Shown: piece after piece, positions 1 through 9,749 of the stretch
Position numbering within the stretch: position 1 is the first letter of the stretch
How the letters are laid out: each line of letters begins with the position of its first letter
From: an uncultured Clostridia bacterium
Lineage (GTDB): Bacteria; Bacillota; Clostridia; TANB77; CAG-508
NCBI GenBank assembly: GCA_934167365.1
Contig: CAKPKU010000001.1
Location: 15,163-79,162 of the forward strand
DNA length: 64,000 nucleotides
Direction: 5' to 3'
Position numbers and translations under genes: made by a program
Notes under the pieces: generated by a model
The model's database searches: none
Told to the model about the DNA's origin: nothing
What the model saw: only the letters and a program-made list of their open reading frames with translations

Positions 1-873
1 TTTTTTAGATTCTTCATCTCCTGCTAGAACTCCTTTAGCAAGTTCGATTTCTTGTTCATATGTTAAAAGTGGAATTTTACCAATTTCTCTTAAATACATT
101 CTTACAGGATCATCAACACTTACTCCTTCAATGTTGGTTACATCTATTTCATCTAATTTTATTTCTTCAACTTCTTCTAGGTCCTCTAAATCTGGCTCTT
201 CATCATCATTGTCTTCTTTATCTATGTTAACACCCATTTTTTCAAATTTTTCAAATATTTCTTCTATTTGATCTGGTGTTACATCTCCAAGTTCAGATGC
301 TAATTCGCCATATGTTATACTTCCTTGTTTTTTTGCTTTTTCTAATATTTTTTCTATTTTTTCTTTGCTATTTTCAGATATTTTTGAGTCTTTTGATTTT
401 TTTGTTTCCTTCTCCTCTTTTTCTGCTTTTATTGTTTTTGTTTCTTCTATTTCTTTTACATTTTTTTCTTCACTTATGCTTTTATCATTCTTTTTAACAG
501 CTTCTTTTACGTCACCTACTATAATTTTTATTAAAACTGCTTGATTTTTTTGATCTATACTCCAAGCCAAATTATTTACTATTGTCTCTTTTTCAACTTC
601 TACTTTTTTATTTGACTCACTTAATTCTAATTTTGTATTTTTATAGCTAATTTTTCCATTATTTATGGCTAATTTTAGGCTTATAGTTTTGTTTCCACAT
701 TCTATTTTATAATTATTTTTATTTTCTGCTTTTTCAAAGTCCTGATTTAAAACATATACCCCTTTTTTATCTGCACTTATTTCTACACTGTTAATTTTGC
801 AACTTGAATTATTGTTTTTTATACTTTTACCAGTTTTATCTATAAGTTCTATTTCAATACTATAATTTTTCAT
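1..873 (-). CDS. rpoD: RNA polymerase sigma-70 factor RpoD/SigA, N-terminal part (gene runs off the window start). It carries an unusual ~185-aa N-terminal extension before region 1.1.
   Basis: I translated the minus strand by hand from the ATG at 871-873. The reading frame is open all the way to position 1. Region 1.1-like (KEKIEKILEKAKKQGSITYGELASEL) and region 1.2 (DPVRMYLREIGKIPLLTYEQEIELAKG) motifs are visible. An AGGAGG RBS sits 8 nt upstream, and the gene lies 15 bp after the dnaG stop, the classic dnaG-rpoD operon arrangement. Confidence 0.85.
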   Translation of the reverse strand, partial: MKNYSIEIELIDKTGKSIKNNNSSCKINSVEISADKKGVYVLNQDFEKAENKNNYKIECGNKTISLKLAINNGKISYKNTKLELSESNKKVEVEKETIVNNLAWSIDQKNQAVLIKIIVGDVKEAVKKNDKSISEEKNVKEIEETKTIKAEKEEKETKKSKDSKISENSKEKIEKILEKAKKQGSITYGELASELGDVTPDQIEEIFEKFEKMGVNIDKEDNDDEEPDLEDLEEVEEIKLDEIDVTNIEGVSVDDPVRMYLREIGKIPLLTYEQEIELAKGVLAGDEESKK

Positions 874-888
874 TTAGACTAATACCTC

Positions 889-2679
889 CTACTTCATTTT
901 AGCTAGTTTTATAATTGAGTCACTCAATTCTCTTTCCAAATTAGCTATTTCATCATTTGTTAACTGATCTGTGTTTTCAAGTTTTTTTATTATGTCATTT
1001 CTTTTTGAAATCAATTTATCTTTTTCATAATTATTTATAATGTCATCTATACATTTTGATACTTCTGATATTTCAAAATCTGTCGCCATTATTCCACTTA
1101 AATGATTTATTATTGATTCATCTTGAAATATATCTAATATATTTACAATATTACTATCTCCTTTTTCTAATTCTTCATACAATTTTTGAAGTATTTCTTT
1201 GTTTTCTGTCGATTTTATGTCTTCTATTTTTATTATATTTTTCAATTTTAAATATGCTTCTTGGGGATAATTTATTAATAAATATATGATTAAATTTTCT
1301 TTCTTTATTATTGAATCACTAATATTTTCTTTATTGATCTTTGGTTTGACAGTCATATCTTTTCTTTCCAAAACTTTTGTATTGCTGTTTTTTTCATAAA
1401 TAATTTTGTTTATCTCGGCATAAATTGCTTCTTTTGAAATTTTATAGTCTAATGCTATTTTGTCTATGTAAACTTCCTTTTCTATACTGTTTTGAATTTT
1501 TGAAAGTTCTTTTGCTATTTCTGTTAAAAATTTTATTTTATCATTAGCTATATCTAAATTTAATTCTTTTTTCAAATTTTTGATTTTAAATTCTACTAAT
1601 GAAATTGCATTGTCCATATATTTTTTAAATCTATCTGGACCATATTTTAGAACAAATTCATCAGGGTCTTTTGCACCTTCAATTTGTAATATTCTTACAT
1701 CACATCCTAAATTTTGGAGAATTTCTAATCCTCTTATTGTAGCAGCTTGTCCTGCACCATCTGCATCATATCCTACTATTACTTGCTCACTAGATTTTCT
1801 AAGTAATCTTCCTTGAGCCTCTGTCATCGCGGTTCCAAGAGATGCTACTACATTAGTAATTCCTCTTTGATGTAATGATATTGTATCCATATATCCTTCT
1901 ACTATTAATATTTTTTTCATTGGTTGCTTTTTTGCAGCATATAGACCAAATAAATGTCTTCCTTTACTATAAACAATATTTTCAGAAGAATTTATATATT
2001 TTGGCTTTGAGTCATCTAATACTCTTCCTCCAAATGCAATTATTTTTCCTCTTTCATCTTGAATTGGAAACATTAGTCTTTTTCTGAATCTATCTATAAA
2101 CTCTCCATTTTGATTTTTATTTACCAATCCTGAAGCTAATATTTCTTCTTCTTTGAAACCTTCTTGTTTTAGTACTTTGTATAATTCATTGAAATTGCAT
2201 GAATACCCTATTAAAAATGTTTTTAAAGTATTATTATCTAACTTTCTTTTTTTTACGTATTCTTGTGCTGGTTTAGATGTTGGATTATACAAATTTTTAT
2301 GATAAAATAATGCTGCAATTTTGTTTATTTCATATATCTTTGATCTCATATAATATAATCTATCTTCTTCTGCTGAAGTAGATGTTACTGGTAATGCTAC
2401 ATTTGCTTTATTGGCTAACACTTCTACTGCTTCTCTAAAACCTATGTTTTCAACTTTACTTATAAAATGGAAAACGTTTCCGCCTACTCCACAGCCGAAA
2501 CAATGAAAAATTTGTTTATCTGGTGATACTGCAAATGATGCAGATTTTTCATTATGAAAAGGGCATAACCCAAAATAGCTTCTACCACTTCTTTTTAATG
2601 ATACATATTGTGAAACTACATCTACAATATCATTTTTACTTTTGATTTCTTCTATAAGTTCATCACTATATCGCACCAT
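889..2679 (-). CDS. dnaG: DNA primase
   Basis: 596 aa. It has the N-terminal zinc ribbon CPFHNEKSASF...CFGCG, a TOPRIM core (EGYMDTISL, GYDADGAGQ) and a C-terminal helicase-interaction region. Confidence 0.95.
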   Translation of the reverse strand: MVRYSDELIEEIKSKNDIVDVVSQYVSLKRSGRSYFGLCPFHNEKSASFAVSPDKQIFHCFGCGVGGNVFHFISKVENIGFREAVEVLANKANVALPVTSTSAEEDRLYYMRSKIYEINKIAALFYHKNLYNPTSKPAQEYVKKRKLDNNTLKTFLIGYSCNFNELYKVLKQEGFKEEEILASGLVNKNQNGEFIDRFRKRLMFPIQDERGKIIAFGGRVLDDSKPKYINSSENIVYSKGRHLFGLYAAKKQPMKKILIVEGYMDTISLHQRGITNVVASLGTAMTEAQGRLLRKSSEQVIVGYDADGAGQAATIRGLEILQNLGCDVRILQIEGAKDPDEFVLKYGPDRFKKYMDNAISLVEFKIKNLKKELNLDIANDKIKFLTEIAKELSKIQNSIEKEVYIDKIALDYKISKEAIYAEINKIIYEKNSNTKVLERKDMTVKPKINKENISDSIIKKENLIIYLLINYPQEAYLKLKNIIKIEDIKSTENKEILQKLYEELEKGDSNIVNILDIFQDESIINHLSGIMATDFEISEVSKCIDDIINNYEKDKLISKRNDIIKKLENTDQLTNDEIANLERELSDSIIKLAKMK

Positions 2680-2776
2680 CTAAACCTACCTTTCCTTCAT
2701 TGTTATATTATATAATTCGACACAAATGCTGGAAATCCTTTTTACATTTACATAATTTCTAAACTTTTTTCTTTTT

Positions 2777-2817
2777 TTAGAAACTTGGGACACATATGAA
2801 TTTTTGTTTTTTATTCA
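2777..2817. promoter_or_regulatory. 15-bp inverted repeat (GGGACACATATGAAT / ATTCATGTGTGTCCC) with an 11-nt spacer, in the carD-dnaG intergenic region. It is a candidate operator or RNA hairpin.
   Basis: I read the palindrome directly from the sequence. It has one T-G wobble position and no flanking U-run on either strand, so it is not a classic intrinsic terminator. Confidence 0.35.
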
Positions 2818-2916
2818 TGTGTGTCCCTAATTCCCAAAAATAGGAAAATAGATATTTCTATTTTCCATATACTAATCTTATGGGATAATCTGTTTTTCAG
2901 ATTTCACCTAGTTAAT

Positions 2917-3513
2917 TTAATCTTGTGATGTTCCTGTACTTTCTGATGTGAATGGTATAAATTTATTTACTATATTGTTTGTGCTTATTTCATTTTCTAT
3001 ACCTTCATTTGCCCTATTTTCTTTGAATGATACATCAATTTTATTATCTACTAACTTTTGCATTTCTGTGTCTGTTGCATTTTCTACTAATACTAATTCA
3101 CTTACTAATATTTGTTTAGCGTGATTTAACATTTTCTTTTCTCCAGTAGATAGTCCTTTTTCTTTTTGTTTAAAGCTTAAATTTCTAACAACATCTGCTA
3201 CTTCGTATATATCTCCACTTTTCATTTTTTCCATGTTATCTCTATATCTTTTATTCCAATTATCTGACATTTCAGTTTCATCATTTTCAAGTATACAAAA
3301 TACTTTTTCAACATCATCTTTAGATATTATATTTCTTAATCCTTGATTTGTTGCTTGATTACTTGGTACCATTACCTTTACCCCGCCAGGCATCAACATA
3401 TTTATATATTCTACCTCTTCATCTAAAATGTTTTTCTTATCTATTGAATCTATCGTACCTGCTCCATACATTGGGTATACGACCTTATCCCCTACATTGA
3501 ACATGTAAGTCAA
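2917..3513 (-). CDS. CarD/CdnL family RNA-polymerase-binding transcriptional regulator
   Basis: 198 aa. It has the N-terminal CarD_TRCF-like motif FNVGDKVVYPMYGAGTIDSI and sits immediately upstream of the dnaG-rpoD operon. Confidence 0.75.
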   Translation of the reverse strand: MTYMFNVGDKVVYPMYGAGTIDSIDKKNILDEEVEYINMLMPGGVKVMVPSNQATNQGLRNIISKDDVEKVFCILENDETEMSDNWNKRYRDNMEKMKSGDIYEVADVVRNLSFKQKEKGLSTGEKKMLNHAKQILVSELVLVENATDTEMQKLVDNKIDVSFKENRANEGIENEISTNNIVNKFIPFTSESTGTSQD

Positions 3514-3711
3514 CTCCTTCCATTGCTTATTTTATTGAAGTTAATAAAGGTATCGTTCTTTTTCAACTACATTTATTATTATACAACAAAAGATGGCAAA
3601 AGTCAAAGCATTTGCCATCTTTTTTATTTTATGTAATATCTGTTTTTTATTGGTATTTTGGCTTTTTTCGTGAATAAAATTTTTTTAATTTAATTATATT
3701 ATGTAAAAGTT

Positions 3712-4173
3712 TTATTTACTTGTTGACCCAAATCCTCCAACTCTATTTCCTTCTGCTTTATCATCATCTACTATTCCATATTGCATGAATATTGCTTGTC
3801 CTATTACATCACCTTTTTTTATTTCTATATCATTTTCAAAAAAATTATAAAATGCAAACATTATTGCTCCATCATTATCTGGATTTCCATAATAGTCGGC
3901 GTCAACTATTCCCACGCTATTTGCTAATATTAGACCTTTTTTTCCTGGGTTTGAACTTCTATTGCAAAGCATTAAGTATTCATTGTTTTGCATATATGCC
4001 TTTAATCCTGTTTTTACTAGTACTGGTTTTTGTCCTGGTTTAAATGCTGGTATTATACAGTCTTCTACTGCTTCAATATCATATCCTGCTGAAAACTTTG
4101 TTTTTCTCTCTGGCAAATTAATTCCTTGATTTTCAAACCCTTTTGCTATTTCAAATCCTCTTTTTTTATCCAT
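3712..4173 (-). CDS. dut: dUTP diphosphatase (dUTPase)
   Basis: 153 aa. It carries the conserved motifs SAGYDI, RSS..GKKGL, GIVDADYYG and RVGGFGSTS. Confidence 0.9.
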   Translation of the reverse strand: MDKKRGFEIAKGFENQGINLPERKTKFSAGYDIEAVEDCIIPAFKPGQKPVLVKTGLKAYMQNNEYLMLCNRSSNPGKKGLILANSVGIVDADYYGNPDNDGAIMFAFYNFFENDIEIKKGDVIGQAIFMQYGIVDDDKAEGNRVGGFGSTSK

Positions 4174-4340
4174 TTTGTTTTCCTCCTATCTTTTTATCTT
4201 CATTATTATATTATCCAATTTGCTTTTTTTCAACTTTTTATATTTAAATTTAATAAATAATATTCCTAAATAAGCTTTCTATTGATTTAATTATTAAAAT
4301 GCTCTTAACTTAATTACTTTCTTTTATAAAAAATATTGTT

Positions 4341-5609
4341 TTAATATGTTCCTCTTGCATTTGATACACCTAGATATGTACATGGATTTACTTGATTATA
4401 CATATTATTTAAACATACTTCAAAATGTAAATGTGCTCCTTCTGCTGCGCCTGTTGCTCCTGCGTACATAATAACTGTATCAGTTGTTACCTTTGTACCG
4501 ACCGAAATTCCTGATGCTATTGAACTAGCATGAGCATATCTTGTATATAATGCTTTACCATTACTATCAGTTCCATGATAAATTACTACATAAAGACCCC
4601 ATCCGCCACCATAGCCTTTATTGTTTACATATACTACTGTTCCACTTTTTGCTGGGTAAATTGGTGTTCCTGATGGTGCATAAATATCTAGTCCTTTATG
4701 AGCTGTTCCTATATATCCTGAAGTATCACTTCTGCCTCCTGGAGCATATATTGAATTTATTTTGTGAGTAATTCTTGTTGGCCATGACATACTACCTGAT
4801 GTTGTAGGTGATACATTTGAATCAGACGTTGGTTTATTTGTATTATTTGTTGTATTATTTTCTTTGTTATTTGAATTTGATTCATTTTTCTTTTTATTAA
4901 GCCCTTCTAGCTCTTTCTTTTTACGCTCTTCTTCTATTCTCTTTTGCTCTTTTTTTACTACTTCATTTATTCTTGCTAACTCATTTTCTTTTTCTTCTAT
5001 ATTTCTTTGTGCTACTTGTTCTTCTTCTGACAATAGTTTTACTTTATTTTCTCGCTCTTGTTTTGTTTTTTCTAGTTTTGATTTATCTTCAGTTATTTTA
5101 TTTTTAGAATCTTCTAGCTCTTGTTTTTCAAGCTCTAGTTGTTCTTTACCTTGTTTGACTTCTTCTATTAAATTATTGTCATATTCAACTATTTGTTTTA
5201 TAGTTTCATAATTTGAAATGAAGTTAACAATTCCACCTGATAATAAAGCATCTAAATATGTCATTTTTCCATTCATATATGATATAACTAAACGCTCTTC
5301 TAATAATTTTTCTTTTTCGTCTAGATCTTTTTGTTGTAATTTTATTGTGTCATCTAGTTTTTCTATTTTGTCATTTAAATCACTTAAATTTGCTTGTACT
5401 TCTGATATAGACTCATTTAGATTTGAAACCTCTTCTTGAACACTTTTCTTTTCATTTTGAAGATTTTTTAAATCTTCTTCTGCCGACTTTTTTTCCTCAT
5501 TTTTTTCTTTTTGTTGAGACTGATAATCTGAAATTGTTGTTGCCAATGTCGAAAACTGTAATGATGAAAATATAATAATTAATATAACAATAAATAACCT
5601 TTTTTTCAT
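4341..5609 (-). CDS. Secreted M23 family peptidoglycan metalloendopeptidase with a long coiled-coil region (EnvC-like architecture)
   Basis: 422 aa. It has an N-terminal signal peptide, a roughly 230-aa E/K/L-rich coiled coil, and a C-terminal LytM domain with HxxxD (HKGLD) and HxH (HLHFE) metal-binding motifs. Confidence 0.8.
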   Translation of the reverse strand: MKKRLFIVILIIIFSSLQFSTLATTISDYQSQQKEKNEEKKSAEEDLKNLQNEKKSVQEEVSNLNESISEVQANLSDLNDKIEKLDDTIKLQQKDLDEKEKLLEERLVISYMNGKMTYLDALLSGGIVNFISNYETIKQIVEYDNNLIEEVKQGKEQLELEKQELEDSKNKITEDKSKLEKTKQERENKVKLLSEEEQVAQRNIEEKENELARINEVVKKEQKRIEEERKKKELEGLNKKKNESNSNNKENNTTNNTNKPTSDSNVSPTTSGSMSWPTRITHKINSIYAPGGRSDTSGYIGTAHKGLDIYAPSGTPIYPAKSGTVVYVNNKGYGGGWGLYVVIYHGTDSNGKALYTRYAHASSIASGISVGTKVTTDTVIMYAGATGAAEGAHLHFEVCLNNMYNQVNPCTYLGVSNARGTY

Positions 5610-5827
5610 TTTTACTCCTTCTTATGTGTTTTTTTACAGTTATATTATAAAATATGATTCTTTTTTTTACAATAATAAACATTCTTTTTATAAAAAAATT
5701 TCCTATTATAAATAGCAAATAAATTTACATTAAACTATTCATATATAAAAATTGCATAATATATATCTTACAATATTTGCTATGCAAAAAAACAACAATT
5801 ACATTTTGTAATTGTTGGTAATCCATT

Positions 5828-6187
5828 TTATTTTTTTGATTCTTGTTCCATCAAAGCTTTCACCTGTTCTGTATCAATCTCCATTGTGTCCTGATAATAT
5901 ATTTCGTCATTTTGATTTTTGTTTCTTGATTGCTTATCACTTTTTTTCAGTATAATCTTTCTGATATTTACTATTATAGAAATTGCAATTGCCAAATACA
6001 AAAATATTACCACCATATCATTTATATTGGCAATCATCTCATCTGTTATGTCATGTCTTTCAAAAAATTCGGATATTAATTTTGTTTCTTCTATGTATTT
6101 AATACCCTTATATACATAGTAATTTACAGTCCGAAAAATTTCGTGTATATTTTTTAACATAACATTACACTCTCCTTCAAAAAACAA
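5828..6187 (-). CDS. hypothetical small membrane protein (one central TM helix)
   Basis: The only evidence is the ORF itself and a hydrophobic stretch VVIFLYLAIAISIIVNI. The start codon is uncertain. Confidence 0.35.
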   Translation of the reverse strand: MFFEGECNVMLKNIHEIFRTVNYYVYKGIKYIEETKLISEFFERHDITDEMIANINDMVVIFLYLAIAISIIVNIRKIILKKSDKQSRNKNQNDEIYYQDTMEIDTEQVKALMEQESKK

Positions 6188-6243
6188 ATGAATTTATAAA
6201 TTTACTATATTATATATTAACTGTAATTTTACATAAAGTCAAC

Positions 6244-7638
6244 CTATTTTTTTATTTTAATCTTATTGGTAACCATTTGTATTATGTCTTTATTCATTAA
6301 TACAGCATATATTACTGCAAATATTAATGCCATTATTTGAAATACTGTATTATTTGAATAGTATGATATAAATACAACAATAGTAATTAGTGCCGAAATT
6401 ATTAAGTCTTTTGAATGCGCAAAATTAGCTAGTTTTTTTATTTTATATTTTCTATATACATATAAAAATATTGATGATACTAATGTAGAAATTGCTGCTG
6501 CATATATTCCGATAAACTTTATAAATATAAGGTTTATTACTAAATTTATTACTGCTGAAATAAGTGTTGTTGTTCCTATTATTTTTGTTCTTTTATATGC
6601 ACTAAATATACCACCATAAAAACTTGCCATATTTGAAAAGTATACTGAAAACACTAAAATTGGAATATATAAATATGACTCTTTATATCCTCCTTTAATT
6701 AAAATATTAAATATAAATGGAACAACAGCTATTACTCCTATTGTTGCCGAATATACTATATTTTTCAATGATAAATAAATTTTATTGTAATATCTTTCAC
6801 TATTTTCTTCATGTAATGCTTTAGCTGCTGATTCTTTCCACGCTATTGCAAAGTAATTATATACTGTATTTATTATAGTTGGAAATTTATTTGATATAGC
6901 ATATATACCATTACTTGCCGTTCCTAATATAGATGATATTACTACTCTATCTGATAAGTTTATAATTGTCCATGATAAGCTGTGTGGGATTAATGGAATA
7001 GAATATGCTAACATTTCTTTCATTAAACTTTTATTTACAGTTTTTATATCAATAAATTCTTTTAAATTAACTCTTATTGATAAAAATATAACCATAACCA
7101 AGTTTGCAATTATTACAGATAATAATAGTCCATCAACTTTTAAATCAGTTCCACATATTAATACTATATTTAGTGTTATTGTAAGTATACTTAATATAAA
7201 ATTTGATAATGAATATAATTTTATTTTTCCTAAACCTCTTACTAATGCATTCATAAGTGCCATTAGTACAACAGCTATAACATATGGTATAAATAGTTTT
7301 GTTGTATTGATTTTGAAAATTTTTATAACTAGAAAAATTATAACACATGCTATGAATAACATTGTTAAAATTGTTAATACCGTTTGTGTAATTATAGACT
7401 TTTCTTCGCGCTTATTTTTAGCATCAATTAAAAATCTAAACATTGATTCTTCTAGTGTTAATGTTATAAATGGTGTTATAAATGTAATTATTGTTATGAT
7501 AAGATCATAACTCCCGTATTGTTCAGTAGTCAATTTTGCAGTATATAATGATACTAATAAAAAAGATACAATTTGAGTACTGAATTTTCCTATTGCAATT
7601 ATAAATGTGTTTTTAATTAATTCTTTTTCTTGCTTCAT
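6244..7638 (-). CDS. Polysaccharide biosynthesis protein / oligosaccharide flippase of the Wzx (MOP superfamily) type
   Basis: 464 aa with about 12-14 predicted TM helices. The N-terminal pattern (IAIGKFSTQIVSFLLVSLYTAKLTTEQYGSYDL) is typical of PF01943-type flippases. Confidence 0.7.
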   Translation of the reverse strand: MKQEKELIKNTFIIAIGKFSTQIVSFLLVSLYTAKLTTEQYGSYDLIITIITFITPFITLTLEESMFRFLIDAKNKREEKSIITQTVLTILTMLFIACVIIFLVIKIFKINTTKLFIPYVIAVVLMALMNALVRGLGKIKLYSLSNFILSILTITLNIVLICGTDLKVDGLLLSVIIANLVMVIFLSIRVNLKEFIDIKTVNKSLMKEMLAYSIPLIPHSLSWTIINLSDRVVISSILGTASNGIYAISNKFPTIINTVYNYFAIAWKESAAKALHEENSERYYNKIYLSLKNIVYSATIGVIAVVPFIFNILIKGGYKESYLYIPILVFSVYFSNMASFYGGIFSAYKRTKIIGTTTLISAVINLVINLIFIKFIGIYAAAISTLVSSIFLYVYRKYKIKKLANFAHSKDLIISALITIVVFISYYSNNTVFQIMALIFAVIYAVLMNKDIIQMVTNKIKIKK

Positions 7639-7861
7639 ATTATTATAGGTTAAACCCCTTGCCTCCTTAAAAATTAATAACTATATAAAATACTATCACA
7701 ATACTAATTAAATTACAACATAAGACTCCTTAAATATTGTATATACGTACATAAATTATTAGACTAATTTTTAAGTTATATTTTATTTATTGTAATTGTT
7801 GAAAAAAAAATATTTTTATGTAATAATTAATACATAAAAAAATTAAAAGGAGGATTTTTAT

Positions 7862-9715
7862 ATGAAAAAGGCAATTATTATAATTGTTTGCGTACTTGTA
7901 ATACTTGGTGGTGTGTTTGCTTCATTATTCTTTTTTACAGATGTACTTAATTTTATGAAACCAGCAAATACTAACTTCGCATTACAAGCAAAAAAATTAT
8001 TAGGAACAGAAAAGGAAAGTAGTTATTCAGACTATGAAAAATTTTTAAATAATCTAAAATCTTCAACTGGTTCTACAACTGCAAATTTAGATATTAGTAT
8101 GAATATGAACTTACCTACATCAGTACTTGACAAGAGCACACAAAAAACAATTAGTTCATCAAAACTTAATTTATCTACAAGTTATGATGCGGACAAAAAG
8201 ACAACATCTGCTATTGCAAAACTAAAATATAACAACAAGGATTCTATATCTATTGAGGCTGTAGCTAAGGATCAATCTGTTAGCATTAGAAGCTCTGATA
8301 TATATGATAAATATTTAACATTTGATTTATCAAAATATGAAGAATTCTGCAAAAAAAATAATATTGATATTGATAAAGATGATTTAGACTCTATTAATGC
8401 TTATAAGAATCTTAGCAATGTTGATTCTTCAAGCTTACTATATGATTTATTTTATGTATCAGAAAAAGATTATAAAAGTTTTAATAAAACATATGGTAAC
8501 CTAGAAAATCTTATAGATAAAAAAGCTTATACAAGCAAAAAAAATCAAAAGATTTCAGTAAATGGTGAGGATATAAAAACTACTGCATATTCATTGACAT
8601 TAACAGGTGAAGATGGATATGATTTCTTAACAAAATTTATAGAATTAATAAAAAATGACAGCACTCTAAAAAGTTTAATTGTTAGTAAATTTGATATATT
8701 AAAAAAATATTCAAATTCAATAGCTGAAGCAACTGGCGAAACATCTTCAGATTTATCAGATTTAAGCGAATCAGATATCGAAAAATATTTAGATGAAATT
8801 TTGAAATCTTTAAAAGATTCTAAAGATGATTTTTCTAATATAGAAAAATGTTTAAGATTAACTATATATTCAAAAAAAGATAATCCAGTTAAATTTGAAG
8901 TTTCTATATTAAATGATAAAAAAGATGATGATGGAAGTATTATTTTTACTGAAGAATTAGCTGATGGAAAAAATATATATACATTAGATATTGAAAAAAT
9001 TGCTAAAGTTATGGGAGCAACATCTAACACTTCTAGCTATGCTCGTTCATCAACAGATATTTCTACTATTGCATCAACATATTCAAAACTTATAATTACT
9101 GATGAATATGAGGCTAGTGATGATTCTAGAAAAGGTACTGCTACAATATCTGTAAAACCATCTGGAAGCTCAAAACAAGATTTGATGACAATTGAATATG
9201 ATTTTATAAATTCAAGCTCTGAATTCAAATCTAATCTATCAGTTTCATTATCTTCTTCTTTAGCATCTATGGCTTCACTTGCAGGTGTTTCAGGACTTGA
9301 TAAAGCTAAATTAGATTATACATATCATGTAACAGGACTAAATTCTGATAAACAAGATATAAAATTTTCTATTAATGGAAATCTATCATCTTACTCTATT
9401 AATTTAGATATTTCAGGAACGATTTCAAATAAAGCAGATATTCCAGAAATTAGCTCTTCAAATTCAGTAGATGTATTGTCAATGACTTTAGAGGAATTAC
9501 AACCAATTTATACTGATGTTATTAATTCAGCAGCAGATAAATTACCAGCAAAATTATCTGACTTTGGTTTCAAAATTACTAAAGCTGATATTTTACAACT
9601 TTTACCAAATAATACTCAAACTCCAACACAAGAAGTAACACCAGATACACAATCAACAACTCAAGAAATGATCGATACTACTAATCCAGTAGTAACAGAA
9701 GAGCCTGCTGCTTAA
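7862..9715 (+). CDS. hypothetical membrane-anchored extracytoplasmic protein; paralog of the 52753..54117 product
   Basis: 617 aa. It has an AGGAGG RBS, a single N-terminal TM anchor, a large S/T/N/K-rich ectodomain and a T/P/Q-rich C-terminal tail. The segment TTAYSLTLTGEDGYDFLTKFIELIKNDSTLKSL aligns with TSYKLTLTENETKKILVDTIKEISKDSRALNL in the other protein. Confidence 0.6.
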   Translation: MKKAIIIIVCVLVILGGVFASLFFFTDVLNFMKPANTNFALQAKKLLGTEKESSYSDYEKFLNNLKSSTGSTTANLDISMNMNLPTSVLDKSTQKTISSSKLNLSTSYDADKKTTSAIAKLKYNNKDSISIEAVAKDQSVSIRSSDIYDKYLTFDLSKYEEFCKKNNIDIDKDDLDSINAYKNLSNVDSSSLLYDLFYVSEKDYKSFNKTYGNLENLIDKKAYTSKKNQKISVNGEDIKTTAYSLTLTGEDGYDFLTKFIELIKNDSTLKSLIVSKFDILKKYSNSIAEATGETSSDLSDLSESDIEKYLDEILKSLKDSKDDFSNIEKCLRLTIYSKKDNPVKFEVSILNDKKDDDGSIIFTEELADGKNIYTLDIEKIAKVMGATSNTSSYARSSTDISTIASTYSKLIITDEYEASDDSRKGTATISVKPSGSSKQDLMTIEYDFINSSSEFKSNLSVSLSSSLASMASLAGVSGLDKAKLDYTYHVTGLNSDKQDIKFSINGNLSSYSINLDISGTISNKADIPEISSSNSVDVLSMTLEELQPIYTDVINSAADKLPAKLSDFGFKITKADILQLLPNNTQTPTQEVTPDTQSTTQEMIDTTNPVVTEEPAA

Positions 9716-9749
9716 AAAGATAAAAAATTAGAAGTTATTTGCATAACTT

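Noticed and set aside
276-497. Plus-strand ORFs listed in the six-frame track that lie inside minus-strand genes. Examples are 276..497, 1056..1289, 4864..5211, 16843..17100, 18094..18462, 33109..33321, 36956..37189 and 45142..45531.
   Set aside because: They are antisense readings of AT-rich coding DNA. The products are F/L/I/S-rich and low-complexity, with no RBS, and each is fully contained in a well-supported gene on the other strand.
400-873. Possibility that the first ~185 codons upstream of RpoD region 1.1 form a separate small gene
   Set aside because: On hand translation there is no in-frame stop between the ATG at 873 and region 1.1, so I treated it as an N-terminal extension and raised it as a finding instead.
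2777-2817. Hairpin considered as an intrinsic terminator for carD
   Set aside because: There is no U-run on either strand after the stem. I kept it only as a possible operator or structural element.
5497-5718. 73-aa K/I-rich ORF overlapping the start of the M23 peptidase gene
   Set aside because: It is compositional noise in an AT-rich promoter region. It has no RBS and it overlaps the signal-peptide coding region.
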